This document shows, one piece after another, positions 12,942 through 27,159 of a stretch of 64,000 nt of DNA. A model generated the notes under the pieces. That model was not told where the DNA came from. It saw only the letters and a list, made by a program, of their open reading frames with translations, and ran no database searches. How positions within the stretch are numbered: position 1 is the first letter of the stretch; the number at the start of each line of letters is the position of its first letter. Origin of the DNA: Gnetum montanum (lineage: Eukaryota; Plantae; Gnetophyta); NCBI GenBank assembly GCA_015680685.1, contig MNCI01002538.1, positions 523,290 through 587,289 of the forward strand, in the 5' to 3' direction. The position numbers and the translations under genes are program-made.

Positions 12942-13749
12942 CAATTTAGGATGGTCCATCTAGAGCGCTACGATGGAAACAATGGGGTATCCCATAGTTT
13001 GCTGACAACTGATCTCCGGTTGGGATATGTGTTCAGTTTTGTAAATTATTTGGATTCAATTAGAAGTTGGTAATGATACAGTCAAATGATTGCTTCTTCT
13101 ATGTAACATCAAGACACAGATCCCATTCAGGATTAAGAATGTCACTACTATTATCATCCAACAAGGCGATCGTTGAAATGAGCTTATTCCCAAATGTATT
13201 ATTCCGTATTATTCCTTAGCAGTAAGCATGTGTCATCTCCGGTAAGTCACATCTGCTTAAAACTGTGAAATAAAAGCAGCATTTAATGTCAGCACATCGT
13301 ATCCTATCATGCCTATACGATTATGTCACAAAAAAATTATGAATCTTAATGCTAAAAACCTTCTTTGACATCCCAAGAAGTAGACAGGATAATTTTTGGA
13401 ATTAGCTATACAACTTACTTCGAGTTGCCAGAAGCAACAAATGCTTTAAATGCTCAGAAACCAAAGAAACATGCAAAACCCTAGATGCAATGAAGTGTTA
13501 TAAAATAATGAAGAGCTCAAATAATAATTTTACAGCACTCAAACAACTCGGGAAATGTGATGAATCGATTATGGTGTAGCTCCCAAGCTTTCTTTTCAGC
13601 GCTTGCCTTCGAAGCCTGCCTGAAGCCGGATGCAAGTCCCAGAGAAGCAACAGCGTGTGTAAGGTAGAGACGACAAAAATTGAACAGACTTAACCTCTTC
13701 TTTTTTACTCTCATTTCCTTTTGTAGCTGATCAGTTTCACAGCACTACT

Positions 13750-13865
13750 GAACTTTCCTTGATCACTCTGAGTCGAACTAAAGTGGGCAAACAACAAGAA
13801 TTCCGAACTTTCCTCAATCCCTCTCGGTGAAACTAGAGTGATCAAACAAGAAGAATCGACCTTTC
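13750..13865. repeat. Tandem repeat, 55-bp period, about 2 copies
   Basis: GAACTTTCCT...CAAACAA(C/G)AAGAAT starts at 13750 and 13805, with a partial third start near 13858. Confidence 0.7.
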
Positions 13866-15327
13866 ACTTTTTATTGTTGATTCCGTTACTTATTCTTAGA
13901 ACATGCATCCAAGTTAGCATCATACGTTGAGAAATCTGCGATTAGTGGCCAGATCTACGGACATTTAATCTAATAAATAGTATTATCTAATAAATAGTAT
14001 TATATTTTTATTGATTTTTTAAGTTTACTATATTGTTTATTACTAATTCAGATGCCAACACAAAACTAAAATTTCTATATTTGACTTTCCACTCTAACTA
14101 AAATGAAAAAAATTGGAAAATGCATCTACCAATGTTGGTGGATATAAGTGCTCTATTTTGCTAATATTGACCATTTTACATTAATTTGTTCAGATTTTTG
14201 AGATCCAATTTGTAAACAGGACCACCAATTTTCCAATGTGATTTTTCAATTATGGCTAGCATAGCCTTTATTACTTTTTATTTTTTAAAGATAATTTTGA
14301 TTATATTATTTATATTGGAACATGTATTTAAGCAAGGGCAATGTTAGTACTAGGCTTTGGAACTAGTACTTTGGGGTGCAAATCTTATGAGGCAACAAGC
14401 TAACCAATAGCTTGCACTCGACTTTTGATTTTATTTATTTTTTACTTAAAAGTGCTAGTTAGAAAGTCAAAGGTATGTAGACATCTACACTATGCCTAAG
14501 TCCTTTGTTGGGACATCTAGCTTGAGTAGCAACATCCACTATATGTAGTTGCTTTTGGGTGGGACATTTATCCTAGCTTGGGGTATCTAATATGTGCATT
14601 GGTTAGTCTTAGTTGAACATTCATCCTAGATAGGATTTCTAACCTAAGGTAAAGAATAATTTTGTCTTGATGTTCCAACTTGAACAAAACATTCAATCAT
14701 AAGTAGCAATGAGGCTTCAAGCTTTAAATCTTCACTTGAAACTTGCCTTAATCTTGTTAAGTACATCATCATCTAGAACTTCCCATGATTGCTTGAGACA
14801 TCCAACACAATCTCTTACTAAATAACAAACTCTCCTTGGAGCTTTCAAGTGCCTCATTCTTTATTCTAGCTTAGCTTACAAGTATGTCAAGTTTTTTTTA
14901 TGTTTGTAAATAAGCATAGCCAACAAAGCACACATCTTCCTTTACAAGTCTTTCCTCAAAAAAATAAAGAATTAGTCAATAATCTCATCCTTCTTAGGGA
15001 TCTCTTAAAACTTGGAAGTGGTTTAGCTAAGAAATCATAAGTTTTAAATGTTTAAAAACTATTTAAAGAGACATCTTGCTAGAAAGTTTAGTGGGAATAG
15101 CAATATTTATCTCTATTAACAAAACTACTAAACATATAGCATAGATATTAACTACATATTCATACATATAAACATAGTACCATATCATATCATAGAGCAT
15201 AAAAGACAAACTAAAGCATAAATCAAAATCTATCCTAAACACATGAAACATGTATCAAATTGCATGTGAAATCTTAAATTTTTTTGAATCTAATGTCATT
15301 ATTGGAACTCACATTGGGGATGTAGAT

Positions 15328-18100
15328 TGATAAGTAGTGACTTTCTTATCACTAAAAATTGCTACTATTGATAGACAAATTAGTTGTCTCTAGTCAATTA
15401 TTAGGTGCTATCAATTAAATTTGTCTTGTGCTATAGTGATAATTTGATTTTTTTCACATGCTTGTGATATCATATCTATGATGTCATAAATATAATATCG
15501 TAGCTCATGCTATGATGTCAAAGATATGATATAGTAGGCTAAGGTCATGCCTATATATACAAGCCCACCATCATGTCAAACTCACCTTTTGGTCCATTAT
15601 GTAACCAAACTCTTACAATTTATTTTTGTGATTTTAGAGATAGTTGTGAGTGTACACAATGTGGTGATTAATAGTTGTACAACATCTTTATTCAAGTAGG
15701 TGTTCCTACATGCATTCTATGTTTGGTAATAAAGATCAAGATTGTTCTTTATCATTGCAGCATTTTAATTAGATTAGATTTACTTTCCCAATGTTATTTA
15801 CTTTTACTATATCATTTACTTTTTCCATGTTCATTAGTGTTGATGGAATAAGTACACCTAATTTTGAACACTAATGTAAAATTTTCTAGCATCCAAATAG
15901 TAGCTTTACTTGATTTACTTAACAACAAAGTTACTTGGTAATCCTAGTGGTAGTTATTCTACCCCAAGGCATGTATGAAAGATCAAGAATGGATGCTTGT
16001 TACCACTAGGCTAGTTAATGATTTATTTAGGCTATTCCTTACTTAATGCATCTTACATTCATTCTACTATGTTTTACCTTAGCATTTTAAGAGCTGATCA
16101 ATATCATTCATTCAATACCTTACCAAGAGTTAAATAATGCATGTCAAGTTTCACTAACATAGGTAGGAAAGTAATGATTATGGACTCATTATCAAAAAGC
16201 TAGTATAACAAGATTATTCCATCCATGGATTATGATTTGATCACTTACATACACTGGTGACTTCTCTGGTTGGGCATTGGCAACTCTCATTACTCATCAT
16301 TCGTATCATTGTTCAAGATGCTATCAAGGTATACTAGTTAGTTGATTTTATTAAGAGTTTGTTATGTCAACACTTTTAAAGATTTATCTTCCAAACATAT
16401 AACAATTCCTAAACACACACTTGAGTAATAATAGATCAACATGGCTACAACACACAAAGTTAATTCCCTGTCTATTAGTGATATTATTAAAATAAATGAT
16501 AAGATTCACAATAAAAAAAATTGAAATGGAATAATGTAAACTAGGATCTCCTATGCTCATGCGAATCCATATTATCCTTATCCACATTTATCTTTCATTA
16601 AGATGAACAATTCATATTGAGAGATTTACAAAATAAAATTATATTACTATGAAAGTATTTAACTCCATTCATGCTTCAAGTAGCAACAATTCTTAGATCA
16701 AGTCTTAGTTATATCCATGGAGGCTATTAGGTCACAAAGAATATTACTAGATCCTATTAGCCAACATAAGTCTAGATTAGGAGAGATGCTTTTATGAAAG
16801 CAACATCTAAATAGAAAAAATAAAAATGAGCATCTCAAGTAGTCAAAATCTATGAAAAGAAGATTTAAAGTATAAAGATAAAAAGTCTCACTACTATCAT
16901 TCTCATTCACATCCATCTATTTTGTATGCTAAATATTTTGTACAACAAAAACTGGGCTCCACCTTAGCAGAAACTCCTACAAGGGATGGAGTAGACCTCA
17001 AAACAAGAAGGGGCCTAAGTCTAAGGATCTCTTGTAGATTCAAAATGGAAGAAATAAGTAACCAGAGTAAGAGAACCAACAAACATTGTTCTCCAAGTTC
17101 TCCATCTTCTTCATCACACTCAATGGAGAAAGTAGAAATGAAGAAGGCACATCATAAAGCAATCTATAGTGAATACCTAACACTAAAAGAAGAAGAGATT
17201 ATAGTAGACACACAGAAAGAAGAAAGCATCATGATGGAAATGAAAGTAGAAGAGGAGAAGAAAGGGAACATGAGTATAGACATAAGAGAAGATATGAAGA
17301 AGAGCATCAAAGACGCCATCACTACTATGATTGATATGATAACCTAATGATTATGATGAACCCCTATTAATCATAAGAAGCCTGATAAATATTAATGATA
17401 TTTTTCATATTTCAATAATACATCAAAGGAATTTTCACATCAAGTGTCTAGACATGAATAACATTTCCAAATTTCAATGATATAATGTAGATCCTTAATA
17501 GCATCATGAGGTCTACCAAGATGTTTCTACACTACAGAATATTGAGAATGAGTGGCAAAAAATTAAGTTATTTTCATGAAAATTTATCAAAGAAGAAAAA
17601 TCTAGTATCGATCATTGAAACTAGAGTCTATTTGAAGGTGAATTAAGATGCTAGAATTGTTCAACGAGTACTAGACATACTCAAGAGTATCTAAATTGAG
17701 AAAGAAAATCAAAGGATGCAAGTAGGAGGATCATGAATTCCTTAATGTGGCAATGGATAGATAGTATTCAATATTACATCAATACCTAAACTATGAATTT
17801 TCTTAAATTGAATAATTGAGACACATAATTGATAGGTTAAGAAAGAAGACTAGAGAGACCCTTAGAGTTTATGCTCACAAATTATCAAAAATAAGATGTC
17901 ATCATATACAAAGGTTACTAGAATATGTCACTAAGGAAGAAGAAGAGTTAAGAAAGAGAGAATTTGGAATAGAATATACTAGAGATTATTCTCTTCGAAA
18001 AAGAGATGCTAGGGTATGTGAGACCTAAATGGAAGAATCAATGGAAGATGTGATTCAAAGGAAGACCTTTCCAATTTAAAAATCTATTAATGACATTGCA
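15328..18100 (+). mobile_element. Old, degenerate copy of the same Athila-like family (LTR ~15328-16299, decayed PBS, gag remnant)
   Basis: The LTR ends ACTCATCA at 16299 and resembles the reverse complement of the 1164/47341 LTRs. A heavily deaminated PBS follows. 17355-17520 translates DEPLLIIRSL...IKCLDMNNISKFQ*YNVDP, matching the gag at 1-175. The LTR start is uncertain. Confidence 0.7.
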
Positions 18101-19199
18101 ACAAAGGTTGAAAAGAAAAAGGATTCTATAGATGAAAAATTTACAACTACATTAAAGATTATAGAGGAAAATATTGAGGAAGCATTAATTAAAAATATTA
18201 TGAGTAAAAATAAGGAAACTAGACAAGCTAAATATAAGTATAAATGAAAAGTTATTGTTGTTAAAGAGATTATTGATTCCTATTTAAGAGATGAAAATGG
18301 ATATGATTTATGCTAATATGAACATTCTAAATGATGTTGTTCAATCATAGTCCATTTACATGAATCAATGGCATACATATTAAACCTAAAGTTTGTGAGA
18401 AAAAAATGCTTAAAATGTTACCTTATCCTTGAGAGAAACCTTTCAAATTGCCTTTCTGACATTTGGGAGATAAAGCTAGGAGGAAAACATTGTTGAATTA
18501 TAGAGGAGCTAGTCAAATCTAGATCTATGGATAACTAGATCTACATTATTAACCCAAGAGCTGTGGTAAGCCATATTTCCAAATTTCATTTTAGATCTTG
18601 CTTAGAAATCATCATTGATCTACCATATTGCTTAGGATTTGAAGCCATGCTAGGAGATCAAAGTTACATGAGGATCCTTCTCTATAGTATTGTTGATTTC
18701 AAATAAGGTAATTTGGTATTTTTCTACTTTTGGATTTGGCATTTTAATTAGTTCACTTTCTTTTGGTTGATTTTTTTCATTCAACAACTATTTTTATATT
18801 TTCCTAAATTTTTAGATCATTTATATTAATATTATTTTTCTAAAATTTATCAAATTTTAAGATTTAATTTCATGCATGGGATGTTAGTCAATGTTTTAAT
18901 CACTTTTGATCATGTTTTTCCTTCATTTCAAATTCTACTAATTTTTTAGCTATAAAACTAGAGTTTCTTGCTTTTTTCTTTCTTGCATGTTTGATCCTTG
19001 GGATGATATCAAACACTAAAAACTAGAAGCAAAGGTTATTTAACATCATGATGCAGATCTAAGGATCCTTCCTAGTGCATCATGACCTAGTCACAAGGTC
19101 ACAATGAAGGTCACAATGGATGAATAACATCATTTCTAGATGTGACACAAAAAATTGAGCAATTTTTGTTTAGTGATCCTAGGCCTTCAAGTAACAACG

Positions 19200-22100
19200 A
19201 ATTATGACAATGGACAAAAACATCATTTTTAGGGCTTTCAAAATGTTCAAAAATTAGAAAATAATAACCAATAACATTTTAGCATCCTTAATAATTTATA
19301 ATAACCATAAGTGACTTATATTCCTTATTTCATAACATTTTAATATTTTATTAGGTTCCATATAATCCCATAGTTATTTTTGGCTCAATTTAACATCTCC
19401 AATTTCTTAGTTTGATAACATTACATGGTTTGTTTCCTTGAAACTTCTTAGTTTGACTACGTGAATCGTTTCGACAAAATCTTCAAAATATCATCCACAT
19501 AGAAAAATATGAGTTTTAGAGTCATCAACCATTTGACTATGAATTAGGTTAGTCTCCTAACTACCCAAGGAGTTTGTTCATTTAGTTGGATTTGGAAGTT
19601 GGTTATTTGAACTTACAATCAGTTTCGTTAACCTCTTGCACTATTTTATAGTGACCATAGCATGTGGCATACATGATGGTCAACCAAACGTTTACAACAT
19701 GAAGCATATCATGGTAAGTATCATCTATTTGTAGTGATTATAGCGTGAAACATATCATGATGGTGAACTAATACTTAAAGTATGAAGCATATCATAGTAA
19801 CTACATTCCTTTTTTTTTATTCAGTTTTTTGGTTTAGTTGGTGATGGTGGAGTTGTAATTACTATCTCTTAATTTGTTAGTTTACTTCCATTATCATTAT
19901 TTGATTCTTGTTTGTATTTGGTTTGTACTTGTTTGGTTAATGTTTGTTTGGAACTACCCATATGCATAGTTGCCTAACTACCTAATTTCTCTAACCAAAC
20001 CCATAAGGGAAGATTTTATTGCTTAGCTTGTCCTACTTAGTCTTTGGAGTGACCCCTTTAGTTTTCTTAGTGATTTTTAGTTGATAATGTTAATGTAGAT
20101 AAGGAGGATTTAATGACTAATTTCATGATTAAGGATCCTATTTAGCATTATGTTTCTAGTAAAAGTTTAATTCTATGTTGTAATGTTTAGCTAGGTTGTA
20201 GTCTTATGCTATTGTATTGGTATAATACTTAGTCTATTTTTGGTATAGGCCAACTTTTATTTATTTATTGTTATGCTAAAAATCTTATCATACAATTATA
20301 TTTGATAGTTATACAACTTTAGAGCCTACTACCTTGTAGATGAAAATGTACTTTACCATTAGTTATCAATTTCATATTTGTAATTAAATTAATTTTTTAG
20401 TATTTTAATTATATTTTATTCCTATTATAATAATTAATTTGTGACTTTGAAAATAGAGATTCATCCCATTTTCATTAGTGTATAAGTGAGGTTTGGAAAC
20501 ATGGGCTATCGTTACTATTTTGATAAAGTGTTATAGTTTTTTTATCTTTTTCTCTTGCCCTAATGTGCTTGTTTTTATGGATGTTTGCTTTGTCTATTAG
20601 ATTTTTTCAACATCTATTCAATTTTATTATACAATGTTTTAATATTTTTCACGTTTTATTTAATTATATAAGTAATGTATCACGAGCTAAAGCCTAGTTA
20701 GTGAGGTATTACAAGTTGGTATCAAAGATAAAGGTTTAATAGGTATTTTCAAATTTGTCATGTAGGATGCCACCAAGAAAGATGTTTGAGATCATGGATA
20801 GGAAAAACTCTAATCAACCTTATGGAAAAGACTCTTAAAATGATGTGATGAGGGACATGGTTATTTGAGGAGCCAAATCCAGTCCAAGCCTAGCAGCAAT
20901 GGATACTTTTAGCTTAAGAATCTCAACATTGTTGGTAGAAGGTCCATTGGGTAAGCATTTCTAGAGAAATTAAGAAGGCTAAAATTCCCATATTTTGATA
21001 ATGTAGAGGACTTTGTATGTTCTTTGGAGTTATTTTGTAAGGCAAAAGAAGCATTCCAAGTCATGGGTTATGCTTTGATGCAACAAATTCAATTGGTTGC
21101 TCTTCAATTAAAGGGTGTGGCTAATCATTGATAATAGACAACTAAGGTTGCTAGAGGTTGGATGCATAGGGAAATAGAGTGGACTAACATTATTAAATCA
21201 TTTAAAGATAGGTATGTTTCTAAAGAGTTCAGGAGGCTAAGGCCAAGGAGCTATCCAACTTAGATCAAGAAGATCACATTATTTTTGAGTATGATGTTAA
21301 GTTCCTTTAACTAGTATAGTTTGATCCTCACCTACAGGATGATGATGAAGAGATGACTAGCCATGTTGTTGATCAACTAATTAAACCTATCCATGTGGGT
21401 TTCATTCCTCTTAATTTAACTAAGTATGACAAGGCTGATACTAAGGTGTTGGCTATAGAATGAAGTATAAGATTATGTAAGAAGAAGAAGTTGGATCATC
21501 TTAAAATGGAACATCATGGGACTTCTAGTATTCCTTCCGTGTGCTTTTCTTATAACAAAGTTGGACATTTTAGAAGTGAGTATCTAAACTCTCATGCATA
21601 TGACAAACCAAGGTACAACAGTTGGAAGTATTCCAATATGACATATAAGAATCAATCTAGTGAATCAAACAATGCATGAAACAAGAAAACTTAGAACAAA
21701 AATGAAGGTCATAAGGGCAGAGTTTACATTCTAGCTAATCATCCATTAGATAAATTGCCCACACTATCATGGACACCACATGTAGCATTAGTGATTTTTA
21801 TTTCTTAATCTTGTTTATCCCTAGTGCTAGCCATTCTTTTATAGACCCTAGAGTTATGACCCATGTGCATCTTAAATTCATAATCATGTGTTCTCCTCTA
21901 ATAATTCACATAATCCATTCTCCTTGTGCAGTACTTTCAAAGATGCTACCTTCAATAGAAGTAGTGATATAAGGTAATAGATGATATAATGATCTTATGA
22001 TTATGAGTCTTAGAGAGTATGATGTATTCATGGAATGGACTAGTTCGCTAAATACGATGAAAAATTAAATTATAATAATAAGATCCTCACACTTATTTCA

Positions 22101-24480
22101 AGAAATGAAAAAAAGGTTATAATCCAAACAAGTACAAGATTGATTAAGATTGACCTAGTAACAACTAAGAAGTATCAGTAGTTGCTTAAGCATGGTTCAA
22201 TTTCTAATGATTTAAGAGTTCTCGAACATATTCAAGAAAGAACTACTTGAAGTACCTCCATAAATGAAGATTAAGTTTGATATTACACTTAAACCTATAA
22301 CTCAACCAATCTTCAAGGCACATCATAGGATGTCTCTAATGAAATTAGCTAAACTTGTAGATTTAGGAGCTATTAAACATGAACATGATTTGACTGAGTG
22401 TTTCATCTTGGGATATACCAGTGCACTTTGTGAAGAAGAAAGATGATAGTTTAAGGTTTTGTAGAGATTATAAACAATTGAATCAAATGATAGTTAAGAA
22501 CTAATATTCTTTACCTAGGATTGATGAATTATTTACTTAGTTGATAGAAGCTAAGGTGTTCTCTAAGATTTATTTGAATTAAAAATATCATCAAGTTAGA
22601 ATGTAAGAGGAGGATGTACCCAAAATAGCTTTTAGGACAAGATATGGTCATTATGAATTCTTAGCCATTCCTTTTGGACCTATTAATATACCAGTAGTCT
22701 TTATGCATTTGATGAATAATGTGTTACATCTTTATTTAGATCAATTTTTCATTGTATTTATTAATGATACCTTAGTCTATTCTAAGGATGAGAAAATACA
22801 TAGGGAGCATCTAAGAGTAGTGATATAGATCTTAAGGAAACAACAGTTGTATGAACATGCTTCTAAATGTACATTTTGGAAGATCAGATGTAGTTTCTTA
22901 GACATGTGATTTTTGAAGTAGGTATATCCATTAACCATTCTAAAATAGCAATGATTAAGGATGGGCTTGTTTCAACTTCAATGAACAAAGTTATATGTTT
23001 CTTGGATTTAGTAAGATATTATAGGAGGTTTGTAGAAGATTTATCTAAGATTAAAATAATTCTACAAAATATACTCAAAATGAAATCTATTATCTCTTAG
23101 TTAAGTTCTTGTCAAAAGGCTATTATGAATTTCAAAGAATGATTAATTTCAAAACTTATCTTGATCTTACTATCCATAGCAAACACTATGATGTATACAT
23201 AAATACTTTAGGACAAGGACTAGGTCGTGTTTTGATGCAAGATGATAAGGTAGTGACCTATACTTTAGGTAGAGGAAATCTCATGAAACTAGATATCCAA
23301 CTCATTATTTAGATATTAGTGTTAATATCTTTAATTTTAAGATTTGGATACATTATTTATCTGGTGAACACCTTGTGGAATAACATTTGATTTTCTTGTT
23401 ATAGTAGGTTTACATCAAGGGTCTACACTTAGCCTATACTTATTTGTTGTTTTATAGATGAATTAATGAAGGAAATACAAGATGAAATATTTTGTTGTAT
23501 GCTACTTGTAGATGATATTATATTGGTGGATATATCTTAAGAAAATATTACTTCTAAAATGAAGAAGTAAAAATATGCTCTAAAATTAAAACACTGAAAA
23601 ATTCGTAGAAGTAAGATAGAATATATATAATGTAATTTTAATAATAACATAGATAATGGTGAAATAGGAGTAACAATTCAAGGTAAAAAAATTCATCCTA
23701 GTAAATAATTTCACTACCTAGGATCAATCCTCTAATCAAATAGTGAAATTAATAAAGATATAAGAAATAGAACTAAGGTAGGATGCTCAAAATGGAGATA
23801 GGCTAGTGATGTTCTATGTTATAAAAGACCACTCATAAAATTGAAGAAATTTTATATGAAAAAAGTTACACCTACTATCTTATATATAAATGTACAACAT
23901 GATAGAAATATAAATGCTTTGTTAGATAATGAATGTTACTAGAAGAGATAAACTACATAATACAAAAATCATAGAAAGACCTAGAGTGGCTTCTATTTTA
24001 GATAATCTATAAGAATATTGGCTTATATGATTTCAAAATGTGCAAATAAGATTAAATAATAAGTATATAAACAATGATTAATATATCATTGTTTCAAGAA
24101 AGCCTTCCAAATAAAGACCAAAGAAAAAATGGAAAAAAATAATCAAAGATAATTTGAAAAACTTACAAATAAAAAAATATCAAACTCTTCATAGAGGTGA
24201 TTGGTGAAAAAAATTGAAGTAGTCAATCTCATGTTATTAGAACAAGGCTTTGATAATGATGATGATGATGACTTACATGGTGAACAAATTACATTTTGGA
24301 GAAATCATAAGAGTTTACAGTAAATAATGAATCAGCCACACTTGAACATGAAACAAATATGATGGATGGAGATGTTGGCCAATTTTGATTTCATAGTGTA
24401 GTATCATCTAGAGAAAGAAAAGAAGGAGATTGATGAATTAAGTAGGATTTGGAAAACTCTACAATATCACTATAAAGTCC
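19200..24480 (+). mobile_element. Degenerate Ty3/gypsy chromovirus (Tekay/Del-like): LTR end, PBS, gag, protease, RT, RNase H
   Basis: The LTR end GGTATTACA (20713) is followed by a tRNA-Met PBS TGGTATCAAAG (20717). Gag starts MPPRK (20767) and a zinc-knuckle remnant lies near 21540. RT motifs are [20 protein letters not shown] and [10 protein letters not shown], and the RNase H motif is GLGRVLMQ. The LTR start is not resolved. Confidence 0.85.
23371..24272 (+). mobile_element. 5'-truncated RTE-clade LINE inserted in the Gypsy RNase H
   Basis: RT motifs VGLHQGSTLS..LF, CMLLVDDIILV and FHYLGSI are present, with a (GAT)n tail at ~24252-24271. A ~14-bp target duplication flanks it: TTATCTGGTGAACA (23357-23370) and TTACATGGTGAACA (24273-24286). 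Confidence 0.85.
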
Positions 24481-27159
24481 TATTCTTAATTACAAAGTAA
24501 ATTTATAATATATGTTGAATAATGTAATTAATATTTAGATGAAAAATTGCCTAATTAAGAGGAGTTGTAATCATTCATTGTACCATACTGAAAATTAGAA
24601 ATCATTCCAATATGAAGTTAAAGAGCTAATAGATGTGAGTAACAAGAGTCAGGTGAAGTACAAGAAGAATGGACTAATCACCCCTTTGGTCTTATGGACT
24701 AACCATGGTGGCAATCCTAGATTACCTTTAAGAGTCCTAAGTTTCACAGTAAGACAATTCCAAGGGCTTGTATAAACATTGTTTCCAATATTATCATTAT
24801 CCATAAAGTTGATTCCTTCTTTTTTTCATTAAATCATAGTGTTGTTATTTTATTTAAAGTATATTACTTGAGTTATCAGTGATGAGACATCATTTATTTA
24901 TAACATATAGAAATGTAATGTCACTTTTAGTATCAAAGAAAACCACCATCTAAGAGCCAATAGTGAAATTAAGTGATATATAAAATCCTATATTTTATTA
25001 AGTTTAAAACCAAATACATCATTAAGAAGAAGTGTGGTAATAATAATAGGAAACAATGGGACAAGAAAGGAAATGGAATCATGATGAAAGATAACATGGA
25101 ATAAGGATTAGTTTCAAATTTTATGGAATAAGAATGAGTTTAAAATTTTAGTCCAAACAAATGAATCAAACCTTCATCCATATTTGGCTCAACCTCCCAT
25201 TCCTCCTCAATTGCATTATCCTTCTAAATTAGATTATGACATGCTACTAATCCACTATAAAACTAATTTAGGTATCTAGTAGTGCTCCTTATAGGTTCCT
25301 TGGAATCTTCAGTCTTTACAAGATTTTTCTACTATAACTAAACTTGGACATCACACTAATCAATATTCTTCTTATATTCTTTCTCTTTTTCTCTACAGAA
25401 AAAAAACATATAAGATAAGAAAGGAGAAGAAAAATAAAAATAAAAGAAAAATATAAGTAAATAGAAAAATTTAATTCTTAAATGAAGAAAATTATTTTTC
25501 ATATACACTAGTTATTTACAATTCAATAGGTAGAATAATAAATAAGACAAACTATCCAACTCTTTTAAGATCTGCTCAAATTTTTTTATTATCTCTTGAG
25601 AATCCTTCGGAATTGAATGAAATTTAGAAATACTATTAGATTCTACCAATGCAAAATCACTCTTGAAGTTATAAAATTAAGACTTAAATAAAATAATTCA
25701 TTCTAAATAGAACTTGGGATGTTCGTAGTAATTCAATCACGAAGCTAATGAAACAAAAGAACCTTCTTTTCATTATTAGCAACTAACTATGCAAGGGAGT
25801 AGGAAGAACCCTTGATGGAAACTAATGGTGACATAATGATAGACACTAGACTAGAGGAAGGAGTTGTTACAATATTGTGAACATTAGCTAAAGAAGAAGT
25901 CTTGATAGAAGTGATCTATGAAGATACTAGCTAGGGAGACTTCGGAGATTATGATAGTGGTGTAGTAGTCTTGTTAGGTCAACAATGAGGCATGGACTTC
26001 ATTCCTTCTCTTTCTATTTCCTAGATAAAGAATCACTAGGTTAATAATAGTTTCCATTGAAATAGAGTGCTAAAAGTACATTGAAAGAAAAGTAAATAAA
26101 CCAATATAAATAGATATGAGTTACTACTTATTCTTTCTCTTTATCAATCCCACTAGGACCTTAATCATTTGTGGGTAACATCTAATTAAATAAAACCAAA
26201 GATTATTAAAAAAAGAGGTAAATAATAAAAGAAAGATGATATTATTATTATTATTATAGAATAATAAGAAAATACCGTGGAAACTAGTTCAATTACTTTA
26301 TCTTTCCTTAAAATATTTTAACTAGTATCAACCCCACAATTGATCTACTTTCTAAAGTTTGTTATCATAAAAGAATATAATAATAGTAACAAATAGATTT
26401 GGAAATAAATAGGAAAACATATTATACCTTGTCCATAGCTTTTGGATACTAAGCCTACATAACTACATCTCGATCTTCTTCTAAACTCTCAACTTGAACC
26501 CTTAGGAATTAGTCATCCTCAAGAAAAAAGGGATATGATTAAGGCTCATAAAAGAGGAAATAGTTATTTTTGCTATTGTAGCTTAAGATGAGGATCATAA
26601 ATAGGGATACACACCATGTTAAAATTTTAGTTTCATATGCCTTGATTATAGTAATCAAAAGTTCCATAGAAGTAAACAACTAAATTAAATAAGAAGAGAC
26701 CTAGTAGATATGAGTTTGTCATAATACCTTACTTTCAAGAAATAGACAAAGTTAGAATTCCACTTGGTTATCTTATCCCAAAGAGCTAAAATTATAGTGA
26801 TGATAAGGGAGAGGAGTTCCATTAATATTCCTTAATTTTTCTTCAAGCTCCTAACTCAGAAAATTCAAGATGTGGGTCATGATAAGAGGGAAGTATACGT
26901 CTTTCTAGGGTTAATATGAAAAATCTGTGAATTAGTAGGCATACTCAATCATATGGGAAACCATCCCACCTTCGTAGGGATGAGGGACTAGGAAAATTCC
27001 ATGGTGGTAACCCCAAGATGATATCTTAAGATTACTACAATAGTTTCAAATTTAGAAGATGAGATGCCTTCCAATGAGGCATCATAAATTAAATCATTAG
27101 ACTAGCTACACACACACATCCAATAGGAGCACTAGCTATATCTCCACACACACAAAACT

